Counted from the first letter of the stretch, positions 10,081-18,341 are shown. The stretch: 49,925 nt of DNA from Parcubacteria group bacterium (GCA_016186395.1 JACPLU010000007.1:1-49925); one strand, 5' to 3'. Numbers and translations: made by a program. Notes: a model not told the origin generated them from the sequence alone.

Positions 10081-11166
10081 CTAAAAAAATCTACCTATAT
10101 CTCTAATAGTTACCAACACCATTAATCCTAACAAAAATATAAAGCCCGCCGCATTCACAAGCCCTTCTACTTTCTTATCAAGAGCCTTACGCCTTATTTT
10201 TTCTATGGCCAAGAAAAGTAGTCTCCCACCATCAAGAGCCGGAAAAGGAATTATGTTTAAAACTGCCAAGTTTATCGAAAGAATTGAAACAAACTGAATC
10301 AAATAATTAAAACCTAATCTACTTGCCTGTCCGGTAAATGTCGCGATGCCAATCGGTCCGGACACATCAGCCGCAACCTTTCCATGAACAAGAAGATTCC
10401 CAAAGAAAGAACCTAAACCATAAATAACATTCTCCGTCATAATAACCGCCCCGTAAGCCCCCCGCCAAATAGCCTCATACCAAGGATAGGAAACAACAAC
10501 AGTTTTCTTAATTGAAATTCCCGTCGCCCCTTCGCCAGGTGGAGGATTCAAACGAGGAGTAATGTGCTTTTCTAAAAATTCTGACTTTCCTCTTTGAATT
10601 GTAAGAATAATTTCCTGACCACGATTGGAATTAATAAAGTCCTGTATGTCTTTTGCCGAGGTTGGAACTACCGACGACTCCCTAAACTGAAGTTTTGTAA
10701 TTGAATCAAGAATTCTAAGATCAGCTTCTAAAGCCGGGGATTTAGCTGCAATCCCAACAATTTGGATTTTTGGATCACTAGCGTCAACTGGAATAGCACC
10801 ATCTTCGACAGCAATACGTAACCCTAGCCATCCCCCAATGCTCAACAACACTACCGCTAACAGAAAATTCATTAAAACCCCGGCAACCAAAACTTTTGCT
10901 CTTTGTGAAAAAGTTTTCGATGTAAAACTTTTAGGATCGTTTCTACTTTCGCCATCCTCACCATGAACCTTTACGAATCCTCCGAAAGGTATCAAATTTA
11001 ACGAATAGGTAGTTTCTTTATTTTTCCAGCTAAATAGTCGAGGAGGAAAACCAAATCCAAATTCATCAACCCGCATGCCTGCCCTTTTAGCAAAATAAAA
11101 ATGCCCGAACTCATGGACAAGCACCAGAACACTTAAAACAATAATAAAAATAATCGCAGTAAGCAT
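10081..11166 (-). CDS. rseP: RseP-like site-2 intramembrane metalloprotease (M50) with PDZ domain
   Basis: HEFGH, FGFGFPP, NIIPFPALDGG. Confidence 0.93.
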   Translation of the reverse strand: MLTAIIFIIVLSVLVLVHEFGHFYFAKRAGMRVDEFGFGFPPRLFSWKNKETTYSLNLIPFGGFVKVHGEDGESRNDPKSFTSKTFSQRAKVLVAGVLMNFLLAVVLLSIGGWLGLRIAVEDGAIPVDASDPKIQIVGIAAKSPALEADLRILDSITKLQFRESSVVPTSAKDIQDFINSNRGQEIILTIQRGKSEFLEKHITPRLNPPPGEGATGISIKKTVVVSYPWYEAIWRGAYGAVIMTENVIYGLGSFFGNLLVHGKVAADVSGPIGIATFTGQASRLGFNYLIQFVSILSINLAVLNIIPFPALDGGRLLFLAIEKIRRKALDKKVEGLVNAAGFIFLLGLMVLVTIRDIGRFF

Positions 11167-11185
11167 TAAATCACTAAGAACAGAC

Positions 11186-11317
11186 TAAGTTGGCAATATC
11201 TTTGCAACAATGGGAGGCGAAGACTGCTTGGTTTCGCCAACGGCGAAAGTCTTCGCCGACCCTTAGCGAGATTACCGCAGGAGTAATCGAGCGTGTTGAA
11301 AAGATGTTGCCAACTTA
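11186..11317. repeat. MITE/REPIN-like element with terminal inverted repeats
   Basis: taagttggcaatatcttt ... aaagatgttgccaactta with GC-rich inner hairpins. Confidence 0.65.
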
Positions 11318-11331
11318 ATAGAAATAATTAA

Positions 11332-11889
11332 CTAAACCTGCATCAGTTCCTTTTCTTTTGCATCTCTAATATCGTCAATCCTCTTATTAAAATCATCCAC
11401 TATTTTTTGCAAACTATCTTTAGCTTTGAACCTTTCATCTTCCCGAATCTCACCAATTTTTTCCATTTCCTGAACTTTATGCATAACTTCGTCTCTTATT
11501 CTTCTAACCTTAATCCTAGTCTCTTCAACTTTTTGATGCAAAAGTTTTGTAAATTCTTTGCGTCTTTCCTCTGTCAAAGAAGGAATAACAAGTCTTACCA
11601 CACTTCCATCAACTGAAGGATTCAAACCTAGTTCGCTGTTTTCAATCGCCTTTTCGATCGCTGGAAGAACGGTTTTATCCCACGGCTGAATTTGAATTGT
11701 CCTAGGTTCAGGGATACTCAAAGCCGCTAATTCTTTCAAAGACATCTCCGAATTATAAGCCTCAACCCTTAAGTTTTCTACCATAGATAAAGAAGCCCGG
11801 CCAGTACGAATACCGGATACTTCTTCCTTAAAATATTGAAAAACTTTTTCTAAATCTACTTTTCTTGAGTCAATAATATTTTGAAACAT
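11332..11889 (-). CDS. frr: Ribosome recycling factor
   Basis: IRTGRA, IQPWDK, LTEERRKE motifs; 185 aa. Confidence 0.97.
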   Translation of the reverse strand: MFQNIIDSRKVDLEKVFQYFKEEVSGIRTGRASLSMVENLRVEAYNSEMSLKELAALSIPEPRTIQIQPWDKTVLPAIEKAIENSELGLNPSVDGSVVRLVIPSLTEERRKEFTKLLHQKVEETRIKVRRIRDEVMHKVQEMEKIGEIREDERFKAKDSLQKIVDDFNKRIDDIRDAKEKELMQV

Positions 11890-11899
11890 CCTTAATTAA

Positions 11900-12076
11900 A
11901 GGATTTACGCGTTTGGCCAAGTTTAAGGCAAAATCGAGTATTGAGCCAAGCCATAGTAGAACTATGGTGAGGATCAAACGGAGATTTTAACGAAAAAGTT
12001 GACCAAACCCTTGTGGCTTGAGCCGTACCAAATCCTGAATCCTTAAAATTTGGTACGACTCAAGCACGTAGATCCT
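11900..12076. repeat. Structured intergenic element with paired ends and nested hairpins
   Basis: aggatttacgcg/cacgtagatcct ends; ccatagt/actatgg; gcttgagccgtaccaaat/atttggtacgactcaagc. Confidence 0.6.
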
Positions 12077-12088
12077 AAATTGATAATA

Positions 12089-12925
12089 CTATATCTTTAA
12101 CATCCAGGCATCAAGGGCAAAATGTGGATTTAAGTGAGGCTCTGACGCGATAAAATGTAACTGCAATAACGAACTTAAAGAATCAAAAGAAGTTTTTTTA
12201 TTCTCACTTAAAATAGATTCTCTTGATATCCAAAGCCAATTATAAAGTTTGTCTTTTAATATTTTTCTATCCACGCTAAGACTCTTGCTAGCATTAAATC
12301 TTTCTGACAATGAAGATTTAATTAGCTTTAGAAGTTCCCTTTTATTTTCCAAAAATAGCCTTGGGTCATTTATCAATTCTATTGCCCTAGAAAAAGAACC
12401 ATTAGCTAATCTTATAATCTCATCTATTTCAATACTAGTCGTTTTAAATTTACTAGTAATTATAAATTTCTTTAGCTCATCAGCTTTAATGGGTTTAAAT
12501 CTTAAGTTAATAGTTCTAGAAACTATTGTTGGTAAAAGCATTTCTGGCAAATCCGTTATTAAGATTATAAGACTTCGGCCTTGAGGCTCCTCCAAGACTT
12601 TCAAAAATGCATTAGACGCTTCTCTGGTAAGTTGATGCGCGTTATTTACGATAACTATTTTATATTTTCCCACTGGTGTTAAAGAAATAAATCTTTTAAC
12701 ACTGCGGATGGTATCAATGCCAATGTTTTCGTTATAAGGCTCAATAAATAAAACATCCGGATGAGCCTCGATATTTTCTGTATTTAATACTCTTGTGGCT
12801 ATTTCACGAGCTAACGTATGTTTCCCGACACCTTTTATACCAGAAAATAAATAAGCATGAGAAAGACTGTCAGCCTTAATGGCTTTTTCAAAAAAAAGAC
12901 TTATGTGCTTATTTCCGAGGATCAT
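12089..12925 (-). CDS. holB: DNA polymerase III delta' subunit
   Basis: HAYLFSG.KGVGK, HPD, NAFLKVLEEP, LLPTIVSR. Confidence 0.9.
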   Translation of the reverse strand: MILGNKHISLFFEKAIKADSLSHAYLFSGIKGVGKHTLAREIATRVLNTENIEAHPDVLFIEPYNENIGIDTIRSVKRFISLTPVGKYKIVIVNNAHQLTREASNAFLKVLEEPQGRSLIILITDLPEMLLPTIVSRTINLRFKPIKADELKKFIITSKFKTTSIEIDEIIRLANGSFSRAIELINDPRLFLENKRELLKLIKSSLSERFNASKSLSVDRKILKDKLYNWLWISRESILSENKKTSFDSLSSLLQLHFIASEPHLNPHFALDAWMLKI

Positions 12926-14058
12926 GACTTTTGATTGGTGAAGTTTATCAAACTTGAAGCAATTTGAACGGCTGCATCTGGTTTTGAAAACTGAGTTAAT
13001 TTTTGTTTTATTTGATTTACAAAATCCGGTTCCATGATACGACTCAATTGATTAATAAAAATATGAGGAGTCAAATTTTCCTCTTCAAGAACGACGGCCC
13101 CAAATTTTTCTATTGCCTTTGCATTTTGAACTTGATCATGAGAAACACTTTCCGGAATTGGAATAACAATAACTGGTTTTCCCAATACCGCAACTTCAGC
13201 TAGAGTGTTTGCTCCAGCCCTTGTAATTATCACATCTGCCAAAGCATAAGAATCAGCCAAGTTTTGTAATTCCAAAAATGGAACAAATTTATAATTAGTA
13301 CTTATTTGAACTCCATAAGAATTTTTCCCCTCTTTGATGAGTTGAGTAGCTGTATTTTGTACATCACCAAAGTCCAACTCGCCCGTTTGATGAATAATTT
13401 GAAAATCTTGAGTAAGCGCCACCAAAGAATTTAAAATTAACTCATTAATTCTGCGAGCTCCTTGAGTACCGCCCAAAACCAAAATTGTCTTTTTGGTTTC
13501 TGAAAACCCAAAAGCACGAAGTGCGTTTTGTTTTAAACCCTTAAAAACTTCGTTTCTCATAGGATTGCCGACCAGAACTAATTTTTTAGAATTAAAAAAC
13601 TTGTCCAAGCCATCAAAGGCTACAAAGATATTTTTTGCAAGCTTAGCAATAACTTTATTAGCTAAGCCGGGATCGTAATCTGATTCATGAGTAAAAATTG
13701 GAATAAGATAAAAAAAACCAGCTAACGAAGGCGGAACGGAAACATAACCGCCCTTAGTAAAAATAACGTCGGGCATAAAAATTAAAATATGCCACAATGA
13801 TTGAATTCCCCCAAGAATAAATTTAAAAGTATCGGTAAAATTTAAAATACTGAAATAACGTCGCCATTTACCGGCAGATATTATTTTACTTCTAATATTT
13901 ATTTTTGCGAATTCATCTACCCATTTTTTATCGTCAGTTAAAACTAAAAATTCAATGCCTGAAGCACTTTGAGCAGATAATCTTTGTAATTCTTCGGCAA
14001 CAGCTACTAACGGATACACGTGCCCGCCAGTCCCGCCACCGACAAGTAGAATACGCAA
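12922..14058 (-). CDS. murG: MurG N-acetylglucosaminyltransferase
   Basis: GGGTGGHVYP, KGGYVSVP, GNP.R, GGTQGA, TRAGA, HDQVQNA. Confidence 0.96.
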   Translation of the reverse strand: MRILLVGGGTGGHVYPLVAVAEELQRLSAQSASGIEFLVLTDDKKWVDEFAKINIRSKIISAGKWRRYFSILNFTDTFKFILGGIQSLWHILIFMPDVIFTKGGYVSVPPSLAGFFYLIPIFTHESDYDPGLANKVIAKLAKNIFVAFDGLDKFFNSKKLVLVGNPMRNEVFKGLKQNALRAFGFSETKKTILVLGGTQGARRINELILNSLVALTQDFQIIHQTGELDFGDVQNTATQLIKEGKNSYGVQISTNYKFVPFLELQNLADSYALADVIITRAGANTLAEVAVLGKPVIVIPIPESVSHDQVQNAKAIEKFGAVVLEEENLTPHIFINQLSRIMEPDFVNQIKQKLTQFSKPDAAVQIASSLINFTNQKS

Positions 14059-14067
14059 AATGGTGTC

Positions 14068-14190
14068 GTGATATTAAGTTTTAAGACACGCTCAACTGCT
14101 CCAGCGGCAGTTTCGCTAAGAGCAATCTCAATTTTCCTATTCAGGAACCAAGCAAATTGAGATTGCTATTGTCTCAAAACCGAATATCAC
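14068..14190. repeat. MITE/REPIN-like element with terminal inverted repeats
   Basis: gtgatattaagttttaagaca/tgtctcaaaaccgaatatcac; inner agcaatctcaattt/aaattgagattgct. Confidence 0.65.
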
Positions 14191-14199
14191 TCAATAGAT

Positions 14200-14493
14200 T
14201 TATAACGCCCCTTCGTCTCTTAATAATTGTAACTTCTTTTTAGTGCCTTTGGCAAAGCCGCCAATTTTTCCGTCAGAACGAATAACTCTGTGACAAGGTA
14301 TAGGGACTTGCCCTGCCCTTGTCTTGCTAAGGGCGGGATTTTTGTTAAGAGCATTACCAACCGCGCGGTAAGCCTGCGGTTGCCCAATTGCTTTTGCGAC
14401 TTGTTTATAAGTCATAGTTTTACCGCGTGAAATTTTAGCCACAACTGCGTATACTTTTTGTTGAAACTCTGTGATTTGTTTAAGTTTATTCAT
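14200..14493 (-). CDS. MGMT-family O6-alkylguanine DNA alkyltransferase (DNA-binding/catalytic domain only)
   Basis: TYKQVA, RAVGNAL, PCHRV active-site motif; start placed at ATG 14493 (track start 14520 is a GTG inside the repeat motif). Confidence 0.88.
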   Translation of the reverse strand: MNKLKQITEFQQKVYAVVAKISRGKTMTYKQVAKAIGQPQAYRAVGNALNKNPALSKTRAGQVPIPCHRVIRSDGKIGGFAKGTKKKLQLLRDEGAL

Positions 14494-14542
14494 GTTTTGG
14501 GTTCCTTCTGCCCACGGCACTTCTAATTATTTTTACCACGGG

Positions 14543-15199
14543 TCATGCGGATTGTCTTAGAATTTCTGCTGCTTTTCCTGGATTACCTCTACCTATCGGA
14601 AAATAACATGGCATTACCGGGATACCTAATCCAGAAACTGCTTCTGCAATTTTCTCCCATGAGCCATTCTGATAATCGGCTAGCCTTATACTCTTCCCTG
14701 TCAGTGTCTTATATACCAATCCGCCAAATGCTACGATTGCTTTCGGTTTCACCGTTTTAATTTCCTCCGCCAGTAATTTCAGCTGTTCTTTAATTATCGC
14801 CTTGGCAGGATAAGCACTGTGGTTATAACAACACTTCACGATATTCGTCAGAAATAATTTATTTCCAACCAATTCTCGCTTAATCTGTTCTGTATGGTTA
14901 TCGTTCCAATTTTTTCTTAACGGCAATCCGTAAGCAACTTTTTTATCAATCACACCGCCATCCGCCAATACTTTCCAGAATTGTCTTACACCTATAAACG
15001 GGAACCTATCTCCAAGATACCTTGAATCGGAACTTAAATTTCTGTATGTCGGATTTATCAGAATTAACATCAATTTCGGATTCATCGCACCATAACCATG
15101 AATATGCTGTAACTTGTTCCTTTCCGCTTTACAAAATTTGCATCTATCTACTTGTTGGTATAATTTTTGTAATTCCATGTTTCTCATGACCCATGACAC
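14543..15199 (-). CDS. Uracil-DNA glycosylase superfamily protein (real start may be the second or third Met)
   Basis: CxxC near N-terminus, FLTNIVKC, EEI..VKPKAIVAFG resemble family 4/5 UDG fold. Confidence 0.7.
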   Translation of the reverse strand: MSWVMRNMELQKLYQQVDRCKFCKAERNKLQHIHGYGAMNPKLMLILINPTYRNLSSDSRYLGDRFPFIGVRQFWKVLADGGVIDKKVAYGLPLRKNWNDNHTEQIKRELVGNKLFLTNIVKCCYNHSAYPAKAIIKEQLKLLAEEIKTVKPKAIVAFGGLVYKTLTGKSIRLADYQNGSWEKIAEAVSGLGIPVMPCYFPIGRGNPGKAAEILRQSA

Positions 15200-15268
15200 T
15201 TTTGTGGCTTATTGACTAGTCTATGCGAATTTTATAGTATATCCACAGAGCATTAAGGAGGTACAATC

Positions 15269-15502
15269 ATGAATGCAAATCAGAAGTCAGAACTCCAACA
15301 GCTCCTTGAAAAAAACGCATACGGCACTGGATTATCTCCAGAAAAACAGAGTCGCGCTCATCAGCTCATTGCCAATCCTGACTTATCGGAAAAAAATTGC
15401 TGGGTCTGTGAAATATCACGTCCTGACGATACTCAAAAAGCTATTTTTGATACCGGACTTTGCCAAGGACACGCCCGCTATGCGTTAGTCACAAGGAAAT
15501 GA
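15269..15502 (+). CDS. Small hypothetical protein with CxxC...CxxH putative zinc finger
   Basis: TTGACT-17-TAGTAT promoter, AGGAGG RBS, ATG start, hairpin terminator at 15511-15538. Confidence 0.8.
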   Translation: MNANQKSELQQLLEKNAYGTGLSPEKQSRAHQLIANPDLSEKNCWVCEISRPDDTQKAIFDTGLCQGHARYALVTRK

Positions 15503-15510
15503 TTGCTTCG

Positions 15511-15538
15511 GAGCCGCCATTGCGGCTCTTTTTCTTTT
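15511..15538 (+). terminator. Rho-independent terminator
   Basis: gagccgc-catt-gcggctc followed by T tract. Confidence 0.8.
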
Positions 15539-15597
15539 CCCTACGCCCCATTACACCCAATACACTTCTCCCGGTAAAGAAATGCCGCATAAAATTA

Positions 15598-15626
15598 TTT
15601 ACAATCATTATTTGTCTTGATATTCT
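15598..15626 (+). promoter_or_regulatory. Sigma70-type promoter for the tRNA-like RNA
   Basis: TTTACA-17 nt-TATTCT with TG just upstream of the -10. Confidence 0.6.
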
Positions 15627-15631
15627 GAATC

Positions 15632-15711
15632 TGCGGTGGGGGTGGCTTAGTTGCGGGATTCGGCTTACCATCCAGAGTCCTCGGGGTGCAAATCCCCGCA
15701 CCTCCACCGCA
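15632..15711 (+). ncRNA. tRNA-Ala/tmRNA-like small RNA without a canonical D arm or 7-nt anticodon loop
   Basis: GGGGGTG/CACCTCC-A acceptor-like stem with G3-U70, T arm CGGGG-TGCAAAT-CCCCG, middle stem GGATTC/GAGTCC, outer pairing extended to 13 bp. Confidence 0.65.
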
Positions 15712-15734
15712 TCAAAGGATATCCACATAACTTA

Positions 15735-15762
15735 TTGACAGAATTTTACATTTTGCTATACT
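15735..15762 (+). promoter_or_regulatory. Near-consensus sigma70 promoter
   Basis: TTGACA-16 nt-TATACT with extended -10 TG. Confidence 0.8.
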
Positions 15763-15767
15763 TAACG

Positions 15768-15832
15768 CAGATGGTAAGCCGAATCCGCTTCTAAGTTAGG
15801 ATTCCTGGAAAGCCGCAGAAATGCGGTTTTTT
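15768..15832 (+). ncRNA. Small RNA complementary to the tRNA-like RNA
   Basis: Own promoter; gatggtaagccgaatcc (15770-15786) is the exact reverse complement of 15656-15672; terminator agccgca-gaaa-tgcggtt plus T tract. Confidence 0.7.
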
Positions 15833-15915
15833 GGTTTTTTAGTAACCAACCGCAGGCCTGCCGAAGCCTCGGCATAGGTGGGGATTTTCTTTATTTTAAG
15901 CCATTTTTTCAGCTA

Positions 15916-15943
15916 TTGACAAATTCTGTCAGTTTGCTATACT
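15916..15943 (+). promoter_or_regulatory. Near-consensus sigma70 promoter
   Basis: TTGACA-16 nt-TATACT with extended -10 TG; similar to the promoter at 15735. Confidence 0.8.
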
Positions 15944-15949
15944 TATTTC

Positions 15950-16165
15950 AGATTAGACCTTTAAACGGTGGGGTTGGCAGTGCCCCATAGGATCCGGATA
16001 AGCCGCGTGATGAAGCAACACGTGCCACGGGAGAAGTCTCGGGGTGGAAACAGGAGCTAGGAAGATCGTTTGGAGAATCTAGATGTACTCCAGGCGTGAA
16101 ACTTAGTCCTAACCCGAGAACTGCCAACATTTCATCCACCACTCTGTTGGTGGATTTTGCTTTTT
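15950..16165 (+). ncRNA. Unidentified structured RNA (~200 nt)
   Basis: Promoter upstream, closing stem gttggcagt/actgccaac, inner ctcggg/cccgag and tggag/ctcca, terminator atccacca/tggtggat plus T tract; no convincing ORF. Confidence 0.6.
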
Positions 16166-16288
16166 AGCGATACTATCTCCCATGACACCTCTTATACTAA
16201 CTGTCGCACAAGATGCATAATGCAGGGGATTGAGTTTAAATCGTATTCTGTGTATCCTATACATTAGTTATTTTCGTAGGAGGGTAAT

Positions 16289-16447
16289 ATGCCAGAAATA
16301 CTCGAGGGAATGAGATCAACATGTTGTAACGCACCTCTTTATATCGGCTATATGACTCCAATTGATACAGCACCGACTTTAGTATGCACCGCGTGCCATG
16401 AACGCGATAGAGAGGCAGAAAAGGAATACGACAAAACTCATATCTAA
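16289..16447 (+). CDS. 52-aa zinc-ribbon-like protein (not in ORF track)
   Basis: MPEILEGMRSTCCNAPLYIGYMTPIDTAPTLVCTACHERDREAEKEYDKTHI; TTGAGT-17-TATCCT promoter, AGGAGG RBS, terminator aaaagcct-aaaac-aggctttttt. Confidence 0.8.
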   Translation: MPEILEGMRSTCCNAPLYIGYMTPIDTAPTLVCTACHERDREAEKEYDKTHI

Positions 16448-16620
16448 TCTTCCAAAAGCCTAAAACAGGCTTTTTTCTTATTCTCATAACCCATGATACT
16501 TCTAATATTTTATTCCCGTCTATCAATAATTTTAACCTCAAGTAGATCCTACTTGAAACCAAATTATAAATACATGATCTGATATTCTAAGGTAAGACTT
16601 TGGGTATTTGAAAACCGAAC

Positions 16621-16678
16621 CTATTTTAACATCTTCAACATCTTCTCAAATGGCCACGCATTAATGACATGGTTTTTT
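16621..16678 (-). pseudogene. Diverged duplicate of the last 18 codons plus stop of polX
   Basis: Encodes KNHVINAWPFEKMLKMLK* versus KNHVINAWPLEKMLRMLK* at 18878-18934. Confidence 0.9.
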
Positions 16679-16705
16679 TGTTTAAGTTTACTAACACTAA
16701 AATAC

Positions 16706-16918
16706 TTATCTAAAGTCTTTTTCATTTAAATTAGATTGGCGAAGAATAGACTTAAAAGTTCCAACTGGAATCTCTTTTTTATTTGCTGGGACTATAACTA
16801 TTAGTTTAATCCTGCCGGATTTATAAAATTTCATGTGACTTCCTTTTTGCGAAGTAAAAACAAAGCCCTTCTTTTTAAGGACTTTAATAATATAGTCGGA
16901 TGAATGAAGCTTAGACAC
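16706..16918 (-). CDS. hicA: HicA-family toxin (mRNA interferase)
   Basis: 70 aa basic; LKKKGF..SQKGSH, VP...EIPVGT..SILRQ. Confidence 0.9.
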   Translation of the reverse strand: MSKLHSSDYIIKVLKKKGFVFTSQKGSHMKFYKSGRIKLIVIVPANKKEIPVGTFKSILRQSNLNEKDFR

Positions 16919-17132
16919 GAGAATTAAAACTTAGTATTTGCGGTCTTTCAATTTTTGGAATAACTGGCTTTTTAGTATCCTCAAAATATAACTCTAGAGC
17001 TTCTTTTACGTTACTTACGGCCTCTTTTTGGCTTTTACCAAAGCTTGAAACATCAACATTCAAACATTGAGCAACAAAGTATTTACCCTCCTTCCAAACG
17101 ACTATTTTAAGATTTTGAATATATTTAAACAT
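16911..17132 (-). CDS. hicB: HicB-family antitoxin, short form without DNA-binding domain
   Basis: SSFGKSQKEAVSNVKEALELYFE; overlaps hicA start (hicBA order). Confidence 0.88.
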   Translation of the reverse strand: MFKYIQNLKIVVWKEGKYFVAQCLNVDVSSFGKSQKEAVSNVKEALELYFEDTKKPVIPKIERPQILSFNSRV

Positions 17133-17320
17133 ATACTTAAATTTACATCACTGAAATAAAAAAATCAAACAACAACTGCCCGCAGAACCGTCTGATTTTA
17201 TAACTCTATGGCATCGTCGAGGACGAGGGCGAAGAGCCCACCTACGACGAACAGTTGTATACTGCCTAGGTTGAGGCGTTTCGAGCCATTGGCTCGTTCG
17301 CCTAACCAACTAAACTGCCT

Positions 17321-17374
17321 GTGCCCCGCATCGTGTTTGTGAAAGCAAACTCCGATGCGGGGCTCTTTTTTCTT
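17321..17374 (+). terminator. Long GC-rich terminator-like hairpin
   Basis: gccccgcatcg ... cgatgcggggc followed by T tract. Confidence 0.7.
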
Positions 17375-17440
17375 TGCCAAAATCCATCCCCATGACCCAC
17401 ACCTTTGTTGTTTATCCCATTTCATAAAATGTCATACTGA

Positions 17441-17800
17441 CTACACCTTCCTTTGTCTTTCTATAACTAACCCATCAAGCGCGTCTCTCATTTTTGTAAG
17501 TGACTTTCTAAAGTATTTTTCAAAAAATATAGCAGGGATATCAAATACTGCATAAAACAGCCACAATTCAGTACTTTTCACACCGTATTTCTTCATTAAC
17601 TTTTTCACCCCACCCGAAACGGTAAATTTCCCTACCCCTTCTTTAATAGCCAACGCAGTCGTATTCGGACAATTCTTTTCACCTTGCACAAACGGCCCTT
17701 TGCAGATATTTTCTGGAACCAACCTACCTTTCAACTCTCCCAGTTGTTGCTCGGAAAGATCGAATTTCCTGATTATCTTCTTGTATAATTGCTTAATCAT
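17441..17800 (-). CDS. Hypothetical protein
   Basis: 119-aa ORF with ATG start, filling the space between two motif copies. Confidence 0.65.
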   Translation of the reverse strand: MIKQLYKKIIRKFDLSEQQLGELKGRLVPENICKGPFVQGEKNCPNTTALAIKEGVGKFTVSGGVKKLMKKYGVKSTELWLFYAVFDIPAIFFEKYFRKSLTKMRDALDGLVIERQRKV

Positions 17801-17855
17801 ATATTATATCTCCCATGACATCTTTACACTTTGTTGACTGTCACACACGATTTTA

Positions 17856-18341
17856 TCAATCTTTTACTAAAATCTTTACTCCTAAAATTTGGTTTAATTT
17901 TTCGGCTATCTTTCTACCTTCGTCGCTAAATAACCATGCAAATAATTTGACATTTTCAATGTGTGGGATAGCATCTACTGTTTCTTTAAACATTTCAATC
18001 ACCAACCCCCTCCTTCTATGTTCCGGTACCGTAAACGCGGCACAAAGATATAATGCTTCGTATCTATCTTGCGGTTTAGTCAGATCGAGTAATTCACATT
18101 CGTTAATTTCTCCTCTTAAAAACTTACCCATTAACTCTATTTGGGTCGGTAATACAACTACCCAACTGATCGGTTCTCCATTCTTTAATCTGTAAACGAC
18201 AGTTTTTGGATGCAACTCTTGCAGTTTATAGAATGACTCTCTCGTCATCGGCATCTGATTAGGATCGTCTGCTGTTCCAAAAAACCGTTCCGCGATATTT
18301 AACATTTTGTCTAACACTTTTTCATCCATATTTTTCTTCAT
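17856..18341 (-). CDS. GNAT-like acetyltransferase fold protein
   Basis: LYLCAAFTVPEHRRRGL resembles the GNAT acetyl-CoA binding motif A. Confidence 0.55.
   Translation of the reverse strand: MKKNMDEKVLDKMLNIAERFFGTADDPNQMPMTRESFYKLQELHPKTVVYRLKNGEPISWVVVLPTQIELMGKFLRGEINECELLDLTKPQDRYEALYLCAAFTVPEHRRRGLVIEMFKETVDAIPHIENVKLFAWLFSDEGRKIAEKLNQILGVKILVKD

Noticed and set aside
15632..15711. Complete tmRNA or canonical tRNA gene
   Set aside because: Only about 80 nt, no tag reading frame or pseudoknots, no proper D arm, 13-nt central loop, no encoded CCA.
15460..16562. Track ORFs 15460..15738, 15489..15728, 15948..16142 and 16257..16562
   Set aside because: No RBS or recognisable protein features; they overlap better-supported promoter-RNA-terminator units and the 52-aa gene.
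16621..16678. DGR template/variable repeat pair with the polX end
   Set aside because: Differences are mostly synonymous and not confined to adenines; no reverse transcriptase in the window.
17205..17268. tmRNA-tag-like peptide YGIVEDEGEEPTYDEQLYTA*
   Set aside because: No proper resume context or tmRNA structure around it; likely chance or a gene remnant.
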